From Oscillospiraceae bacterium (lineage in GTDB: Bacteria > Bacillota > Clostridia > Oscillospirales > Oscillospiraceae), in contig WRDH01000002.1 in NCBI GenBank assembly GCA_009783555.1, forward strand, positions 61,314-125,313: 64,000 nucleotides of DNA, read 5' to 3'. The notes beneath the pieces are model-generated. The model saw only the letters and a program-made list of their open reading frames with translations, was not told the DNA's origin and did no database searches. The position numbers and the translations under genes are program-made. How positions within the stretch are numbered: position 1 is the first letter of the stretch; each line of letters starts with the position of its first letter. Shown here piece after piece: positions 11,264-21,487 of the stretch.

Positions 11264-12643
11264 ATGTTGAGGAAAATCGCAGGTTTTTTATTAGTTGCAT
11301 TCCTTTTGCAGGCAGGTTCGAGCTTTCCCGCATCAGCCTCTGCTTCTTTTGACGGCTTGGTTGCTCGTGCTGCTGTACTTGCCGAAAAGGATAGCGGGTT
11401 AATATTATTTGAAGATAACATGCACATGCGTCATCCTGCTGATTCTTTGACGGTGATTATGACACTTCTTCTTGCCGCGCAAGCTGTTGAAAACGATGAA
11501 GTAAGTGATCATGAGCTCATCACGATGACTGAAAGCGCATGGCACGATATCGGTGAGAACAGTACAACGCAGAATATTGAACCCGGTGAGGTTATGACGT
11601 TTATTGACCTGATGTACAGTGCGTTTGTAGGTAACGCAAGCGAAGCATGTAATATGATTGCCCTGCGCCTTGGCGGAACTATCACCTCTTTTGTCGCAAT
11701 GATGAACGAAAAAGCTGTCCTGATAGGCGCGGAAAACACAAGATTTGTTAACCCGCACGGAAAGTACAGTGAGTCGCAGTATACAACGGCATATGATATG
11801 TATTTAATCTTCAGCGAGGCTATGAGAAACGCGCTTTTTGCCGAAGTAGCAAGCACATTCCGGCATGCTACGGAAGGTCTTGAAGAAACAGAAGCGCGCG
11901 TTCTGACAACATCAAACTCACTTTTGAATCAAAGCAGCAGATATTATTACAGAAACTCAATTTCAGGCAGGGACAGTGCTACCTTTGAAGGCGGGTACTC
12001 ACTGATTGCTTTTGCGGAAGAAGACGGTCTTGCCTTAATTTCTGTGATTCTCGGTTCCAATGTTCATATCTTTGAGGATGAGTCGACAGATATTCGCAGC
12101 TACTCCGAAACCTTAAGGTTATTTCAATGGGGCTACACAAATTTTGCGTGGCGGGATGTCTTGAAGATAACCGATCTGCTGGATAGAGTGCCGGTTTTAC
12201 ACGGGTCAGGCGCGGATTTTGTCAATGTCAGGCCTGAGGAACCTTTATCCCTGTTGCTCAACAACGCTGTTCCGACTGATGTGTTTATAAGGGATATAAC
12301 GATTTTTTCGAAAGAAAACGACGAACCCCTTGTAGCTCCGATAGAAGCCGGTGAAATCCTTGGTGAAGTTGTCATTTCACGCGACGGTGTTATATATGCA
12401 AGAACAAATCTTGTTGCGAATACTAACATCAGCTTAAGTGGTGTTGAATATATCAGAGGTCATGTATGGGATCTTTTATCATCATCCGCAGCAAGAACCG
12501 TAATGTTAATTCTTGGCGGGCTGCTGATTATATATATTTTACTGGTAGTCAGGTATAACATAGTGCGCGCTAAACGCCTGCGCAGAATTAGAGAAGCAAA
12601 AAACGATTTAATTAGAGAAAGACATCAGAACTTCCGGGATTGA
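11264..12643 (+). CDS. Peptidase S11 (PBP5/DacB-like D-Ala-D-Ala carboxypeptidase) fold protein with degenerate catalytic motifs; predicted inactive; signal peptide plus C-terminal TM anchor
   Basis: S11-like layout, but SxxK is SLTV, SxN is VGNAS, and KTG is ATFEGGY; signal peptide MLRKIAGFLLVAFLLQAGSS; C-terminal TM LILGGLLIIYILLVV. Confidence 0.65.
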   Translation: MLRKIAGFLLVAFLLQAGSSFPASASASFDGLVARAAVLAEKDSGLILFEDNMHMRHPADSLTVIMTLLLAAQAVENDEVSDHELITMTESAWHDIGENSTTQNIEPGEVMTFIDLMYSAFVGNASEACNMIALRLGGTITSFVAMMNEKAVLIGAENTRFVNPHGKYSESQYTTAYDMYLIFSEAMRNALFAEVASTFRHATEGLEETEARVLTTSNSLLNQSSRYYYRNSISGRDSATFEGGYSLIAFAEEDGLALISVILGSNVHIFEDESTDIRSYSETLRLFQWGYTNFAWRDVLKITDLLDRVPVLHGSGADFVNVRPEEPLSLLLNNAVPTDVFIRDITIFSKENDEPLVAPIEAGEILGEVVISRDGVIYARTNLVANTNISLSGVEYIRGHVWDLLSSSAARTVMLILGGLLIIYILLVVRYNIVRAKRLRRIREAKNDLIRERHQNFRD

Positions 12644-13829
12644 TTATCGGTGATGTGCGCCATTCTTGTGCCCCTTTTCTTGCCTCTACTTTCGGGTACG
12701 CCAATACATAGAAGTCTGTTGCTGATGCCTCAAGTTCAAACAATTTTACAGCCGTATCGTTCAAATCATATACAGATGCCGGTTTTGTTATAACCGGCAG
12801 TTTTGCTTTTATCCGGGCTTTGTTTAAGAGTTTCATTCCCGTGGCATTCATGGCCAGAACCCTTATATATGGCGGTGGTTTTATAATGCACTCTTTCGTT
12901 ATACCTAAAGCTGCACACATTAGTATTCGCCTTATTCTTGCCATTGTGTAGCGTTTGGTTTTTACTTTTTTAAGAATTGATGATATTGAGGCTTCAGTTG
13001 TTGCGTAGCGTTTGAAACGTTTTTCCAGGCCTTCTGATATGTTTGGTATGAAAGAATAGTCTTCAATTGCACGTAAGCGTGACAATATAGCCTGTTCTGC
13101 ATGATTTACAGATACCGGACCCCTGCCCGATGATATTTCATCCGTACATATGACAGATACAGAGTCGGGCATCAACGATATTGGTAAACCGTCGCCTAAC
13201 AACTGCTTGCGAACTGCAGATGCGGAGTATCCGGCATCACTATCGTGTTGACCGCCTGTTCGCTTTACTGTTATCGGTTCTATCTTAGATGCATAGCAAT
13301 TTAATGCCTTGATATACTCTATTCCCAAAACGTTGTTTGGCGTGTTGAATACTTCCCCTTGCACTCCCATCACTGCATTAGCGGCTTTTTGCTGTGCCGA
13401 TGCATATGATATTCCTGTGTCAAGCCATTGTCTGGTTAGTTCATTTGCCGCTTCAGAAGCAATCGCATCGGCAGCGCAGCGCAGAACATTAATATCTCCC
13501 AATTCACTTCCGAAGGATACATAATCGCATACACCCAATTTATCCAACAGGTAAACCCCGGCTTTCGTAAAACCTTCGGCAGACTGCAGCACATATGGGG
13601 TCGGTAGTTCGATAACCAAATCCGCACCGCTGAGTATAGCCATTTTTGCTCTTGCTTGCTTATTAAAGATGGCAAAATCCCCGCGTTGAACAAAGTTACC
13701 GCTCATAACGCATACAACAGCAACATCGGAACCGTGGGTGTCGTATATAATTTCTTTTGTCTTTTCTATATGCCCCAAATGCCCGAGATGGAACGGATTG
13801 TACTCACAAATAATTCCGGCTGTTTTCAC
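12612..13829 (-). CDS. tmcAL: tRNA(Met) cytidine acetate ligase (TmcAL, YlbM/UPF0348 family nucleotidyltransferase)
   Basis: N-terminus MKTAGIICEYNPFHLGHLGHIE, which I recognise as the TmcAL/YlbM-type start; about 400 aa. Confidence 0.8.
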   Translation of the reverse strand: MKTAGIICEYNPFHLGHLGHIEKTKEIIYDTHGSDVAVVCVMSGNFVQRGDFAIFNKQARAKMAILSGADLVIELPTPYVLQSAEGFTKAGVYLLDKLGVCDYVSFGSELGDINVLRCAADAIASEAANELTRQWLDTGISYASAQQKAANAVMGVQGEVFNTPNNVLGIEYIKALNCYASKIEPITVKRTGGQHDSDAGYSASAVRKQLLGDGLPISLMPDSVSVICTDEISSGRGPVSVNHAEQAILSRLRAIEDYSFIPNISEGLEKRFKRYATTEASISSILKKVKTKRYTMARIRRILMCAALGITKECIIKPPPYIRVLAMNATGMKLLNKARIKAKLPVITKPASVYDLNDTAVKLFELEASATDFYVLAYPKVEARKGAQEWRTSPIINPGSSDVFL

Positions 13830-13930
13830 AATTCTTCCTCTTGAAATAAAAACGATTCTATACTATACTTGATTTTGGTTTGGTATATTCATTTTATTCT
13901 AAATCAAAATTTTTATCAAGGGGTTATGTA

Positions 13931-15166
13931 ATGAACGTATTAGTAATTAATGCAGGCAGTTCCTCTCTGAAATACCAGTTGTTTGACATGAAAACAGAAA
14001 AAATCCTGGCAAAAGGAAATTGTGACAGAATCGGGCTTGATGGTCATCTAAAACACACCCCCGTCGGAAATGGTAAGTCTGTTTTCGACAGCGATATCCA
14101 TCTGCCTACACATGCAGAAGCAATATCGGCAGTTATCGAAAAGTTAACATCCGATGATTACGGGGTTATCGGCAGTCTTTCAGAAATCAACGCTGTAGGG
14201 CACAGAACCGTACACGGCGGGCGTAAGTTTTTTGCAAGTGCATTAATTGACGAAGATGTTATTGCTGTACTTGAGGATTGTATCAGGCTTGCTCCTTTGC
14301 ATATTCCCGCAAATTTAATGGGTATAAACGCCTGCCGCGAGTCAATGCCCGCAGTTCCTCAGGTTGCTGTTTTTGATACCTCCTTCCACCATACTATTCC
14401 CGAAGAGGCTTACATATATCCGATACCTTATAAATACTACGAAGAAAACGACATCCGTCGTTACGGTTTCCACGGCACTTCTCACCGTTATGTATCCGCA
14501 CTTGCAATTGAACGGCTTGGCGGCAAAGCGGAAGGCACAAAAATCATTACATGCCATTTGGGCAACGGCTCATCACTGGCTGCGATTAAAGATGGCAAAT
14601 CAATAGATACAACAATGGGTGTAACACCGCTTGAAGGTGTTCCCATGGGAACAAGATGCGGCAGCGTTGACCCTTCACTTGTAGACATTATCGCAGCAAT
14701 CGAAGGTACGGCAATAAAAGAAACTATGGATGTTCTCAACAAAAAATCGGGTGTACTCGGTATTTACGGCAAATCTTCTGATTTCCGCGATATTGAAACA
14801 GCAGCAGGTATTGATATCAGCGACGGCAGCACTAAAGAAAAAACCGATGCTGATCACCGTGCCAAACTTGCTCTTGATGTTTTCAGCTATCAGGTCGCTA
14901 AATTTATCGGCTCATATATTGTTACGCTCGGCGGGCTTGATGCTCTTGTATTCACCGCAGGCATCGGTGAAAACTCCCCCTATATACGCAAAGCAATTTG
15001 CGACAGGCTGAGCGGAATAGGGGTTGTTATCAACGATGAGGCAAATGCCGTAAGAGCTGTCGATTTTCTCGACATAACAGGAAATGGCTCAAAAGTAAAA
15101 GTATTCGCAATACCAACAAATGAAGAACTCGTTATAGCCAGAGATACGATGGAGATTATTACATAA
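13931..15166 (+). CDS. ackA: Acetate kinase. The likely start is ATG 13931 (MNVLVINAGSSSLKYQLF), preceded by an AAGGGG ribosome-binding site; the ORF-track start at 13880 probably lies upstream of the true start.
   Basis: Acetate/propionate kinase N-terminal motif; HLGNGSS; conserved C-terminal EELVIARD. Confidence 0.93.
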   Translation: MNVLVINAGSSSLKYQLFDMKTEKILAKGNCDRIGLDGHLKHTPVGNGKSVFDSDIHLPTHAEAISAVIEKLTSDDYGVIGSLSEINAVGHRTVHGGRKFFASALIDEDVIAVLEDCIRLAPLHIPANLMGINACRESMPAVPQVAVFDTSFHHTIPEEAYIYPIPYKYYEENDIRRYGFHGTSHRYVSALAIERLGGKAEGTKIITCHLGNGSSLAAIKDGKSIDTTMGVTPLEGVPMGTRCGSVDPSLVDIIAAIEGTAIKETMDVLNKKSGVLGIYGKSSDFRDIETAAGIDISDGSTKEKTDADHRAKLALDVFSYQVAKFIGSYIVTLGGLDALVFTAGIGENSPYIRKAICDRLSGIGVVINDEANAVRAVDFLDITGNGSKVKVFAIPTNEELVIARDTMEIIT

Positions 15167-15176
15167 AACAGCAGCA

Positions 15177-17573
15177 ATGAATGGACAATTATCAATGACA
15201 CTATTTGAGAAATCACTTAATATACTCGAGCTTCCCGAAATACTTAACATGCTGGCAGCAGAAGCTGTCAGTGAAGCCGCAAAGGACGCAGCACTGGGGC
15301 TGCGTCCGAGTGTTGATATTAGCTCTGTGCAAACACTTCTTGCAGAAACGACGGCAGCAAAGAATATGATGGTTTTAAAGCAGAGTCCGCCTTTTTCCGG
15401 TTTAAAAGATATCCGAAGCTCAATCAAGCGTGCAAATTTAGGCGGGTCTTTAAATACCAGAGAATTGCTTGATGTATTGCAGTTGCTCAGAGCGACGGTT
15501 GCGGCAATTTCTTACTCTGCAAATGAAAGAGAAGCAGAAAGAACTGCTCTTGATTATTTGTTTAACTCTCTATATTCCATAAAACCGCTCGAAAATAAAA
15601 TATCTACAGCGATAGTATCGGAGGAAGAAATATCCGATAATGCCAGTCGTGAACTGGCAGATATTCGTAGGCATATGCGGCTGTCAAGTGAAAAAATCCG
15701 CCAAACACTCAACAAGATTATTACCTCCCCGGCTTATGCAAAAGCATTGCAGGAACCTATAATTACAATGAGAAACGACAGGTTTGTAGTACCGGTAAAG
15801 GCAGAGCACAAAGGCAGTGTACCGGGGCTTGTGCATGATATATCTTCTTCGGGTGCAACACAGTTTATTGAACCAATGACAGTAGTAAATATAAACAATG
15901 AACTTCGGGAGCTTGCAGCACGTGAGAAACAGGAAATCGAGCGAATACTTGCGGAGTTATCGGCTGATGTATCAGACCATGGCGATAGCCTTGTAAACAA
16001 TTTTGAAATACTCACCAAGCTTGATTTCATATTCGCGAAAGCCAAACTATCATACAAACTTGATTCCATAGAGCCGGAGTTATCAGATGAAAAACATGTT
16101 TTGCTTAATAACGCCCGTCATCCTCTGCTTTCTGCCAAAAGTGTTATCCCTGTCGATATAAGACTCGGTGGCGAGTTTGACACACTCGTTATAACAGGAC
16201 CGAATACAGGAGGAAAGACAGTAACTCTTAAAACACTGGGTCTTTTATGCGCAATGACGCAGTGCGGGCTTCATATCCCTGCCCGGGACGGAAGTATCGT
16301 ACCTGTATTCAGCTCAATCCTCGCCGACATCGGCGATGAGCAATCCATTGAGCAGTCTCTTTCAACCTTTTCATCACATATGACAAACATCGTAAAAATC
16401 CTCGACGGCAGCGAATCCGATTCGCTGATAATGTTTGATGAACTAGGTGCAGGAACAGATCCCGTCGAAGGTGCGGCACTGGCTATATCAATAATCGAAC
16501 ATGCAAGGCGGAAAGGTTCTTTGATTGCGGCGACAACACATTATGCGGAACTTAAAGGCTTTGCCGTTACAACAAAAGGAGTTGTAAATGCATCATGTGA
16601 ATTTGACGTCGAAACGCTGCAGCCAACTTATAAGCTGATAATCGGAATACCCGGAAAGTCCAATGCTTTTGCTATATCAAAAAGACTGGGATTACCCGAT
16701 GATATAATTGAGGATGCAAGAAAGAGAGTAAGCACAGAAAATGCCGCTTTTGAAGATGCACTCTCGGACTTGGAACAAACACGTCTGACACTGGAAAGCG
16801 AAAAGAACGAAACCGTAAAATTACTTCGCGAAGCAGATATCGATAGACAAAAAGCTCTGGAGTTGAAAAAACAGCTTGACATCGAGCGAAGTAAAGCCGC
16901 AAAAATCGCAAAGCGCGAAGCAAATCTTATCATCAAGGATGCAAGAAAAGTGGCTGAATCGGTGATGAATGAACTGCAGCAATTACGCATCGAAGCTACA
17001 CAAAACGCTGACCAACTTAGACTGAATGAATCCAAGGCGGAGATGCTGCGAAAACTAAACGAGGCTGAAAGCTCACTCGATACCCCCATAGAAGAAATCG
17101 AGCATAAACCGCTGTCCGGGAAGATTGTACCCGGTGACAAAGTAATGCTGCGAAGCCTCGGTACTCTCGCGGATGTTATTTCAATCAACCCGGATAATGT
17201 GCTGACTCTTCAAGCAGGTATAATTAAAGTAACGGCAAATACCGAAGATGTGTCTCTTGTAGCAAACGACACACAAGATGAAGCAAGAAGGCACACCGGC
17301 AAGTCTCAAGCAACTCTGAGAAATGCTGTCATTAAACCGGAGATTGATTTGCGGGGAATGAATTCCGACGAGGCATTACATGCATTGGAGCGTTTTCTGG
17401 ATAATGCCCGTATGGCAAAACTTAATATAGTGACGATAATACACGGCAAAGGTACAGGTGTTCTTCGCAAGGCAGTACATAATTACTTAAAACGTGAGCA
17501 ACGAGGCATAAAATCCTTCCGCCTTGGTCTATATGGTGAAGGTGAAGACGGAGTAACAATTGTTGAATTTTAA
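15177..17573 (+). CDS. mutS2: Endonuclease MutS2 (MutS domain plus C-terminal Smr domain)
   Basis: GPNTGGKT Walker A; DELGAGTDP; C-terminal Smr (IDLRGMNSDEAL...IIHGKGTGVLR); 798 aa. Confidence 0.93.
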   Translation: MNGQLSMTLFEKSLNILELPEILNMLAAEAVSEAAKDAALGLRPSVDISSVQTLLAETTAAKNMMVLKQSPPFSGLKDIRSSIKRANLGGSLNTRELLDVLQLLRATVAAISYSANEREAERTALDYLFNSLYSIKPLENKISTAIVSEEEISDNASRELADIRRHMRLSSEKIRQTLNKIITSPAYAKALQEPIITMRNDRFVVPVKAEHKGSVPGLVHDISSSGATQFIEPMTVVNINNELRELAAREKQEIERILAELSADVSDHGDSLVNNFEILTKLDFIFAKAKLSYKLDSIEPELSDEKHVLLNNARHPLLSAKSVIPVDIRLGGEFDTLVITGPNTGGKTVTLKTLGLLCAMTQCGLHIPARDGSIVPVFSSILADIGDEQSIEQSLSTFSSHMTNIVKILDGSESDSLIMFDELGAGTDPVEGAALAISIIEHARRKGSLIAATTHYAELKGFAVTTKGVVNASCEFDVETLQPTYKLIIGIPGKSNAFAISKRLGLPDDIIEDARKRVSTENAAFEDALSDLEQTRLTLESEKNETVKLLREADIDRQKALELKKQLDIERSKAAKIAKREANLIIKDARKVAESVMNELQQLRIEATQNADQLRLNESKAEMLRKLNEAESSLDTPIEEIEHKPLSGKIVPGDKVMLRSLGTLADVISINPDNVLTLQAGIIKVTANTEDVSLVANDTQDEARRHTGKSQATLRNAVIKPEIDLRGMNSDEALHALERFLDNARMAKLNIVTIIHGKGTGVLRKAVHNYLKREQRGIKSFRLGLYGEGEDGVTIVEF

Positions 17574-17643
17574 AAATCAAACTTGACGTTTCAGCTGGTA
17601 TTTGATACAGTAGTGATAACATAGTTGAGGAGGAACTTAACCA

Positions 17644-17907
17644 ATGTACGAGAAGAAGGCCACGATAATGAAACCTGTTGGTCTGCACGCAAGACCCGCA
17701 ACATTTCTTATTCAAAAAGCAAACGAGTACAGAAGCAGTATTTGGATTGAAAAAGATGAACGAAGGGTCAATGCCAAAAGCCTGTTAGGCGTACTCTCAC
17801 TGGGTGTTGCACAAGGCGCCACAATCAGCATCATCGCAGACGGTCCCGACGAAGAAACGGCAGTTGATACTCTTTGCGAACTAATAAATTCCGATTTCAA
17901 AGAATAG
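17644..17907 (+). CDS. ptsH: Phosphocarrier protein HPr
   Basis: GLHARPAT with the His15 site; Ser46-region KSLLGVLSLG; 87 aa; GAGGAGG ribosome-binding site. Confidence 0.9.
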   Translation: MYEKKATIMKPVGLHARPATFLIQKANEYRSSIWIEKDERRVNAKSLLGVLSLGVAQGATISIIADGPDEETAVDTLCELINSDFKE

Positions 17908-17925
17908 CCCGTCAAAATAACTAAG

Positions 17926-17967
17926 AAGGACAGGTCAGTCTGAAACTCCTGTCCTTTCGTTTTGCTT
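17926..17967. terminator. Bidirectional intrinsic terminator between convergent ptsH and rpmA
   Basis: Stem aaggacagg / cctgtcctt with T-rich tracts on both sides. Confidence 0.7.
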
Positions 17968-17973
17968 TATATT

Positions 17974-18237
17974 TTATTGTGCAGCTTCCTCATATACGGA
18001 AACACATTTGCGGTCACGCCCGTAAGGCTCAAATCTTACACGTCCGCTTTTAAGCGCAAAAAGCGTATCATCACTGCCACGGCTGACATTGATGCCCGGA
18101 TGTATTTTTGTTCCTCGTTGTCTTACGAGAATATTACCCGCCAAAACATATTGTCCGTCGGCTCTTTTCGGACCGAGTCTTTTCGACTTGCTGTCACGTC
18201 CGTTTTTTGTAGAACCTACTCCTTTTTTATGTGCCAT
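17974..18237 (-). CDS. rpmA: 50S ribosomal protein L27 (no N-terminal propeptide)
   Basis: [17 protein letters not shown]-terminus. Confidence 0.95.
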   Translation of the reverse strand: MAHKKGVGSTKNGRDSKSKRLGPKRADGQYVLAGNILVRQRGTKIHPGINVSRGSDDTLFALKSGRVRFEPYGRDRKCVSVYEEAAQ

Positions 18238-18246
18238 TTCTTACTC

Positions 18247-18603
18247 CTATTCTTTTTCTGTCTCTTGTTCGGCTTTAGCCTTACTTGCTCTTACAGAAAT
18301 TTTATCAATAATGACTTTTGTGTACGGCTGTCTGTGACCTTGTTTTCTGTGATAGCCTTTTCTCCGTTTCATTTTATACACTATGATTTTTTTTGCTTTT
18401 CCGCTTTTGACTACTTTAGCGGTAACCGTGGCGCCTTTGATATACGGAGATCCAATCTTCGGGTTTGTTTCGCTCAGGATTGCGAGTACTTTGTCGAACT
18501 TGATTTTTTCACCATCTTCAGCATCAAGCTTTTCAATGTAAATCTCATCGCCTTCTTTAACCCTGTACTGCTTTCCGCCTGTTTCAAATATTGCGTGTGA
18601 CAT
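18247..18603 (-). CDS. rplU: 50S ribosomal protein L21
   Basis: [20 protein letters not shown]-terminus; 10 nt upstream of rpmA with no prp/ysxB gene between them. Confidence 0.93.
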   Translation of the reverse strand: MSHAIFETGGKQYRVKEGDEIYIEKLDAEDGEKIKFDKVLAILSETNPKIGSPYIKGATVTAKVVKSGKAKKIIVYKMKRRKGYHRKQGHRQPYTKVIIDKISVRASKAKAEQETEKE

Positions 18604-18865
18604 GTTTTTTCCACCTCAAACTAAATGTAAGACTCGCTATTATAGGCGGAATGCATTGTGTTGCGTTTTGAAAATATTACACTTTGCACACACTTAATAT
18701 ACCCATTCTAAGCGGCAAAAGATAATTTAACATTCGAGTAAACAAAAGTCAAGCTTTTTCTATACTTTTCCGCCTTTTTACTATCTTTTTTACGATTTTT
18801 TATAGATTTTCTGTAACAAAATTAATTCGTAATATACTGTTCATGTTTTTTTTTTTTAACATGAT

Positions 18866-18874
18866 ATAATCAAC
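18866..18874 (+). promoter_or_regulatory. Extended -10 promoter element (TGaTATAAT) with an upstream T11 tract, oriented towards the REC-GGDEF gene
   Basis: catgatataat about 36 nt upstream of the 18910 start; T-run 18845-18856 as a possible UP element. Confidence 0.45.
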
Positions 18875-18909
18875 GATATTTACACAGATACGGGGGTGAT
18901 AGATAAATC

Positions 18910-19848
18910 ATGACTATTTCAGAAATTTCGGGAGGAATGAAGAAACAAAAGAAACACACAATTCTTATTATTGACGATTCAGATGTCAATATTGCTGCGC
19001 TTATGCGCATTTTATCTCCCGATTATAAGATACTTGTCGCCATGAGCGGGAACGAAGGCATTGAACTGGCAAAGTCCACAACGCCGGATTTAATAATACT
19101 TGATATCATTATGCCGGATATGGATGGATTTGATACCATTGTCGCGCTGAAAAAAGCCATCTCAACACGATATATTCCTGTCATTTTCGTAACCGCATTG
19201 TCAAGACCGGAAGACGAAACCAAAGGTCTCCTACTGGGCGGCTCCGATTATATCACAAAGCCTTTTAGTCCGGAGGTCGTAAAGCAGCGGGTCAAAAATC
19301 AAATCCGCATACTTGAGTACATTAAAAAAATCGAACAGCTAAGCAGGATAGATCAGTTAACGGGATTGCCCAACAGACGCAGCTTTCACGAGCGCCTCTT
19401 ATCAGAATGGAAACTTGCAATAAGAGAGAAAACGGTAATTAGCCTGCTGGTAATGGATCTTGACCACTTTAAAAAGTGTAACGATGAATTCGGTCATCTG
19501 ATGGGTGATACCGTTCTTCAAAAAGTAGCAAAAATCATTGACAGTATAACAAAACGTCCAACTGACTTTTCCGCCAGATGGGGTGGTGAAGAGTTTATTG
19601 TTCTACTGCCAAAAACCGATTCCGACAATGCAATTACGATTGCGGAATTAATACGAAGCAATGTAGAAAATAAGCTTATAACATTTAATGACGGTAAATC
19701 CACAAATATAACCATAAGTATTGGCGTTAATACTCATATGCCGACAAAAAACTGTTCGTTAAATGATTATCTCCATTATGCTGACGATGCTCTTTATTTA
19801 GCAAAAAGGAACGGCAGAAATAACGTAACAGTTCATGTACCCGGGTGA
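18910..19848 (+). CDS. Response-regulator receiver fused to a GGDEF diguanylate cyclase
   Basis: REC domain (ILIIDDSDVN...LDIIMPDMDGF); GGDEF domain with RWGGEEFIVLL active-site motif. Confidence 0.9.
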   Translation: MTISEISGGMKKQKKHTILIIDDSDVNIAALMRILSPDYKILVAMSGNEGIELAKSTTPDLIILDIIMPDMDGFDTIVALKKAISTRYIPVIFVTALSRPEDETKGLLLGGSDYITKPFSPEVVKQRVKNQIRILEYIKKIEQLSRIDQLTGLPNRRSFHERLLSEWKLAIREKTVISLLVMDLDHFKKCNDEFGHLMGDTVLQKVAKIIDSITKRPTDFSARWGGEEFIVLLPKTDSDNAITIAELIRSNVENKLITFNDGKSTNITISIGVNTHMPTKNCSLNDYLHYADDALYLAKRNGRNNVTVHVPG

Positions 19849-19849
19849 G

Positions 19850-20533
19850 TCAAATTTTATGGTAATAATCCAGTGTTCTAAAAGGTCTGTCAAGATGTGC
19901 CAGCAAGAAGCCCTCTGTTTTTCTTGATAACTCTCCAAGAGCTTCATCGCTTAGTTTAAATGAAAACAATTTCTTCGCATCCGAGCTCAAAATGTAATCC
20001 GCTGCACACAATGCTCCGGAGCTTAACCTTAAAATGCCGTCTTCCATCGCGCTTTCGTCGGATATGTTATTTTCCTCAAGGCTCAAAAGGGGCTCAAATC
20101 CCGAGATTGCCATTAGCCGCAGTTCAAATGCCGGTTTTACATACTCCGGTGTTTTTATTTTTTCGCTTAGTGCGTACAATGCGTTGAGACAGAGCGGCAG
20201 CAACTCCGGATTCGGGCTGTCTTCGTCCGAAACCGCTTCGGTAAGCTCTGCGATATATGTTCCGAGCGCAAGGAGCTTGAGGTCATCACGCAATCCTATA
20301 AATTGCTCTATGCTTCGCGCCTCGGTTATAGTCCATCTATCTTTTCTTTTAAAGAGTGTCATTTCCGAAAAAACAAGCAGTCCGGTAACTGCAGCAAGCT
20401 TACTGTTCTTACGATGTGCGCCATGTGCGGATACAGTGAGCTTCCCTTCACTGCTTGTGAGAACAGTAAGTATTTTACTGGTATCCATATACTGCACCTC
20501 TCGCAGTATAACACCTGTCGTATTTATGTACAT
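19850..20533 (-). CDS. recO: DNA repair protein RecO
   Basis: MYINTTGVILREVQYMDTSKILTVLT OB-fold N-terminus; position downstream of era. Confidence 0.85.
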   Translation of the reverse strand: MYINTTGVILREVQYMDTSKILTVLTSSEGKLTVSAHGAHRKNSKLAAVTGLLVFSEMTLFKRKDRWTITEARSIEQFIGLRDDLKLLALGTYIAELTEAVSDEDSPNPELLPLCLNALYALSEKIKTPEYVKPAFELRLMAISGFEPLLSLEENNISDESAMEDGILRLSSGALCAADYILSSDAKKLFSFKLSDEALGELSRKTEGFLLAHLDRPFRTLDYYHKI

Positions 20534-21429
20534 TATTTTACATACCCGAAATTCTTCATCATTGTTTGGCTGTCCCGCCAGTTTTCTTTAACCTTTACCC
20601 ATGTCTGTAAGAATACTTTTGCTCCCATGAAGCGCTCGATATCTTCTCTTGCGTATTGTCCGATTTTTTTCAGCATCGCCCCGTTTTTTCCTATTATCAT
20701 TCCTTTGTGGCTTGACTTTTCACAATAAATTGTCGCATCAACGTCAATAATAGGATTTTCTTCTTCACCCCGTTCCGAGAACAGTGCTATCTCGACTGCT
20801 GTGCCGTGCGGGATTTCTTTGTCGAGGCAAATCAGTAGCTTTTCACGGATTATTTCCGCTATTATCTGTCTTTCAGGCTGATCCGTTGTCATTCCGTCCG
20901 GGAAGAGCTGCGATCCCTGTTTTGCGTATTTTTCGAAGATTTCAAGAAGTTCAGGTATCCCGTCTCCTTTTTTAGCGGATACCGGTACTATTGCGTCGAA
21001 ATTATAGTGTCGTGAGTATCTTTCAATAATCGGAAGAGTTAAGTCGGGTTTGATCGTATCTATTTTATTTATCACAAGGATAGCGGGTACATTCGATTTC
21101 TTAATATGCTCAATTAACATTTCTTCTTGTGTCCCTATGTTATCTACAGGTTCAACAAGTAAAACCACAGCGTCAACGTCCGCAACACTTTCCTTGACAA
21201 CGCCCACCATGTAATCTCCAAGACGTGTCTTAGCTTTGTGAAAACCCGGAGTGTCCAAAAGTATCATTTGCGTATCATTATGCGTAAATACACCGAAAAT
21301 ACGATTACGAGTCGTCTGAGGTTTCGGCGATACAATAGCAACCTTGTCCCCTGTCAGTTTGTTTGTTAAAGTAGATTTCCCTGAATTTGCTCTGCCGACT
21401 ATAGTAATCATTGCCACTTTGTTTATCAT
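20533..21429 (-). CDS. era: GTPase Era
   Basis: GRANSGKSTL G1, DTPG G3, NKID G4, C-terminal KH domain; 298 aa. Confidence 0.95.
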   Translation of the reverse strand: MINKVAMITIVGRANSGKSTLTNKLTGDKVAIVSPKPQTTRNRIFGVFTHNDTQMILLDTPGFHKAKTRLGDYMVGVVKESVADVDAVVLLVEPVDNIGTQEEMLIEHIKKSNVPAILVINKIDTIKPDLTLPIIERYSRHYNFDAIVPVSAKKGDGIPELLEIFEKYAKQGSQLFPDGMTTDQPERQIIAEIIREKLLICLDKEIPHGTAVEIALFSERGEEENPIIDVDATIYCEKSSHKGMIIGKNGAMLKKIGQYAREDIERFMGAKVFLQTWVKVKENWRDSQTMMKNFGYVK

Positions 21430-21487
21430 TATATATATATTCCTCTTATTTAAGGTGTGAACAAGCCATCCGCTTGCGCTCGCAGCA

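Noticed and set aside
18845-18856. The T11 homopolymer was considered as a terminator U-tract
   Set aside because: No GC-rich hairpin precedes it. It sits just upstream of an extended -10 element, so it is more likely an UP-like promoter tract or a slippage-prone spacer.
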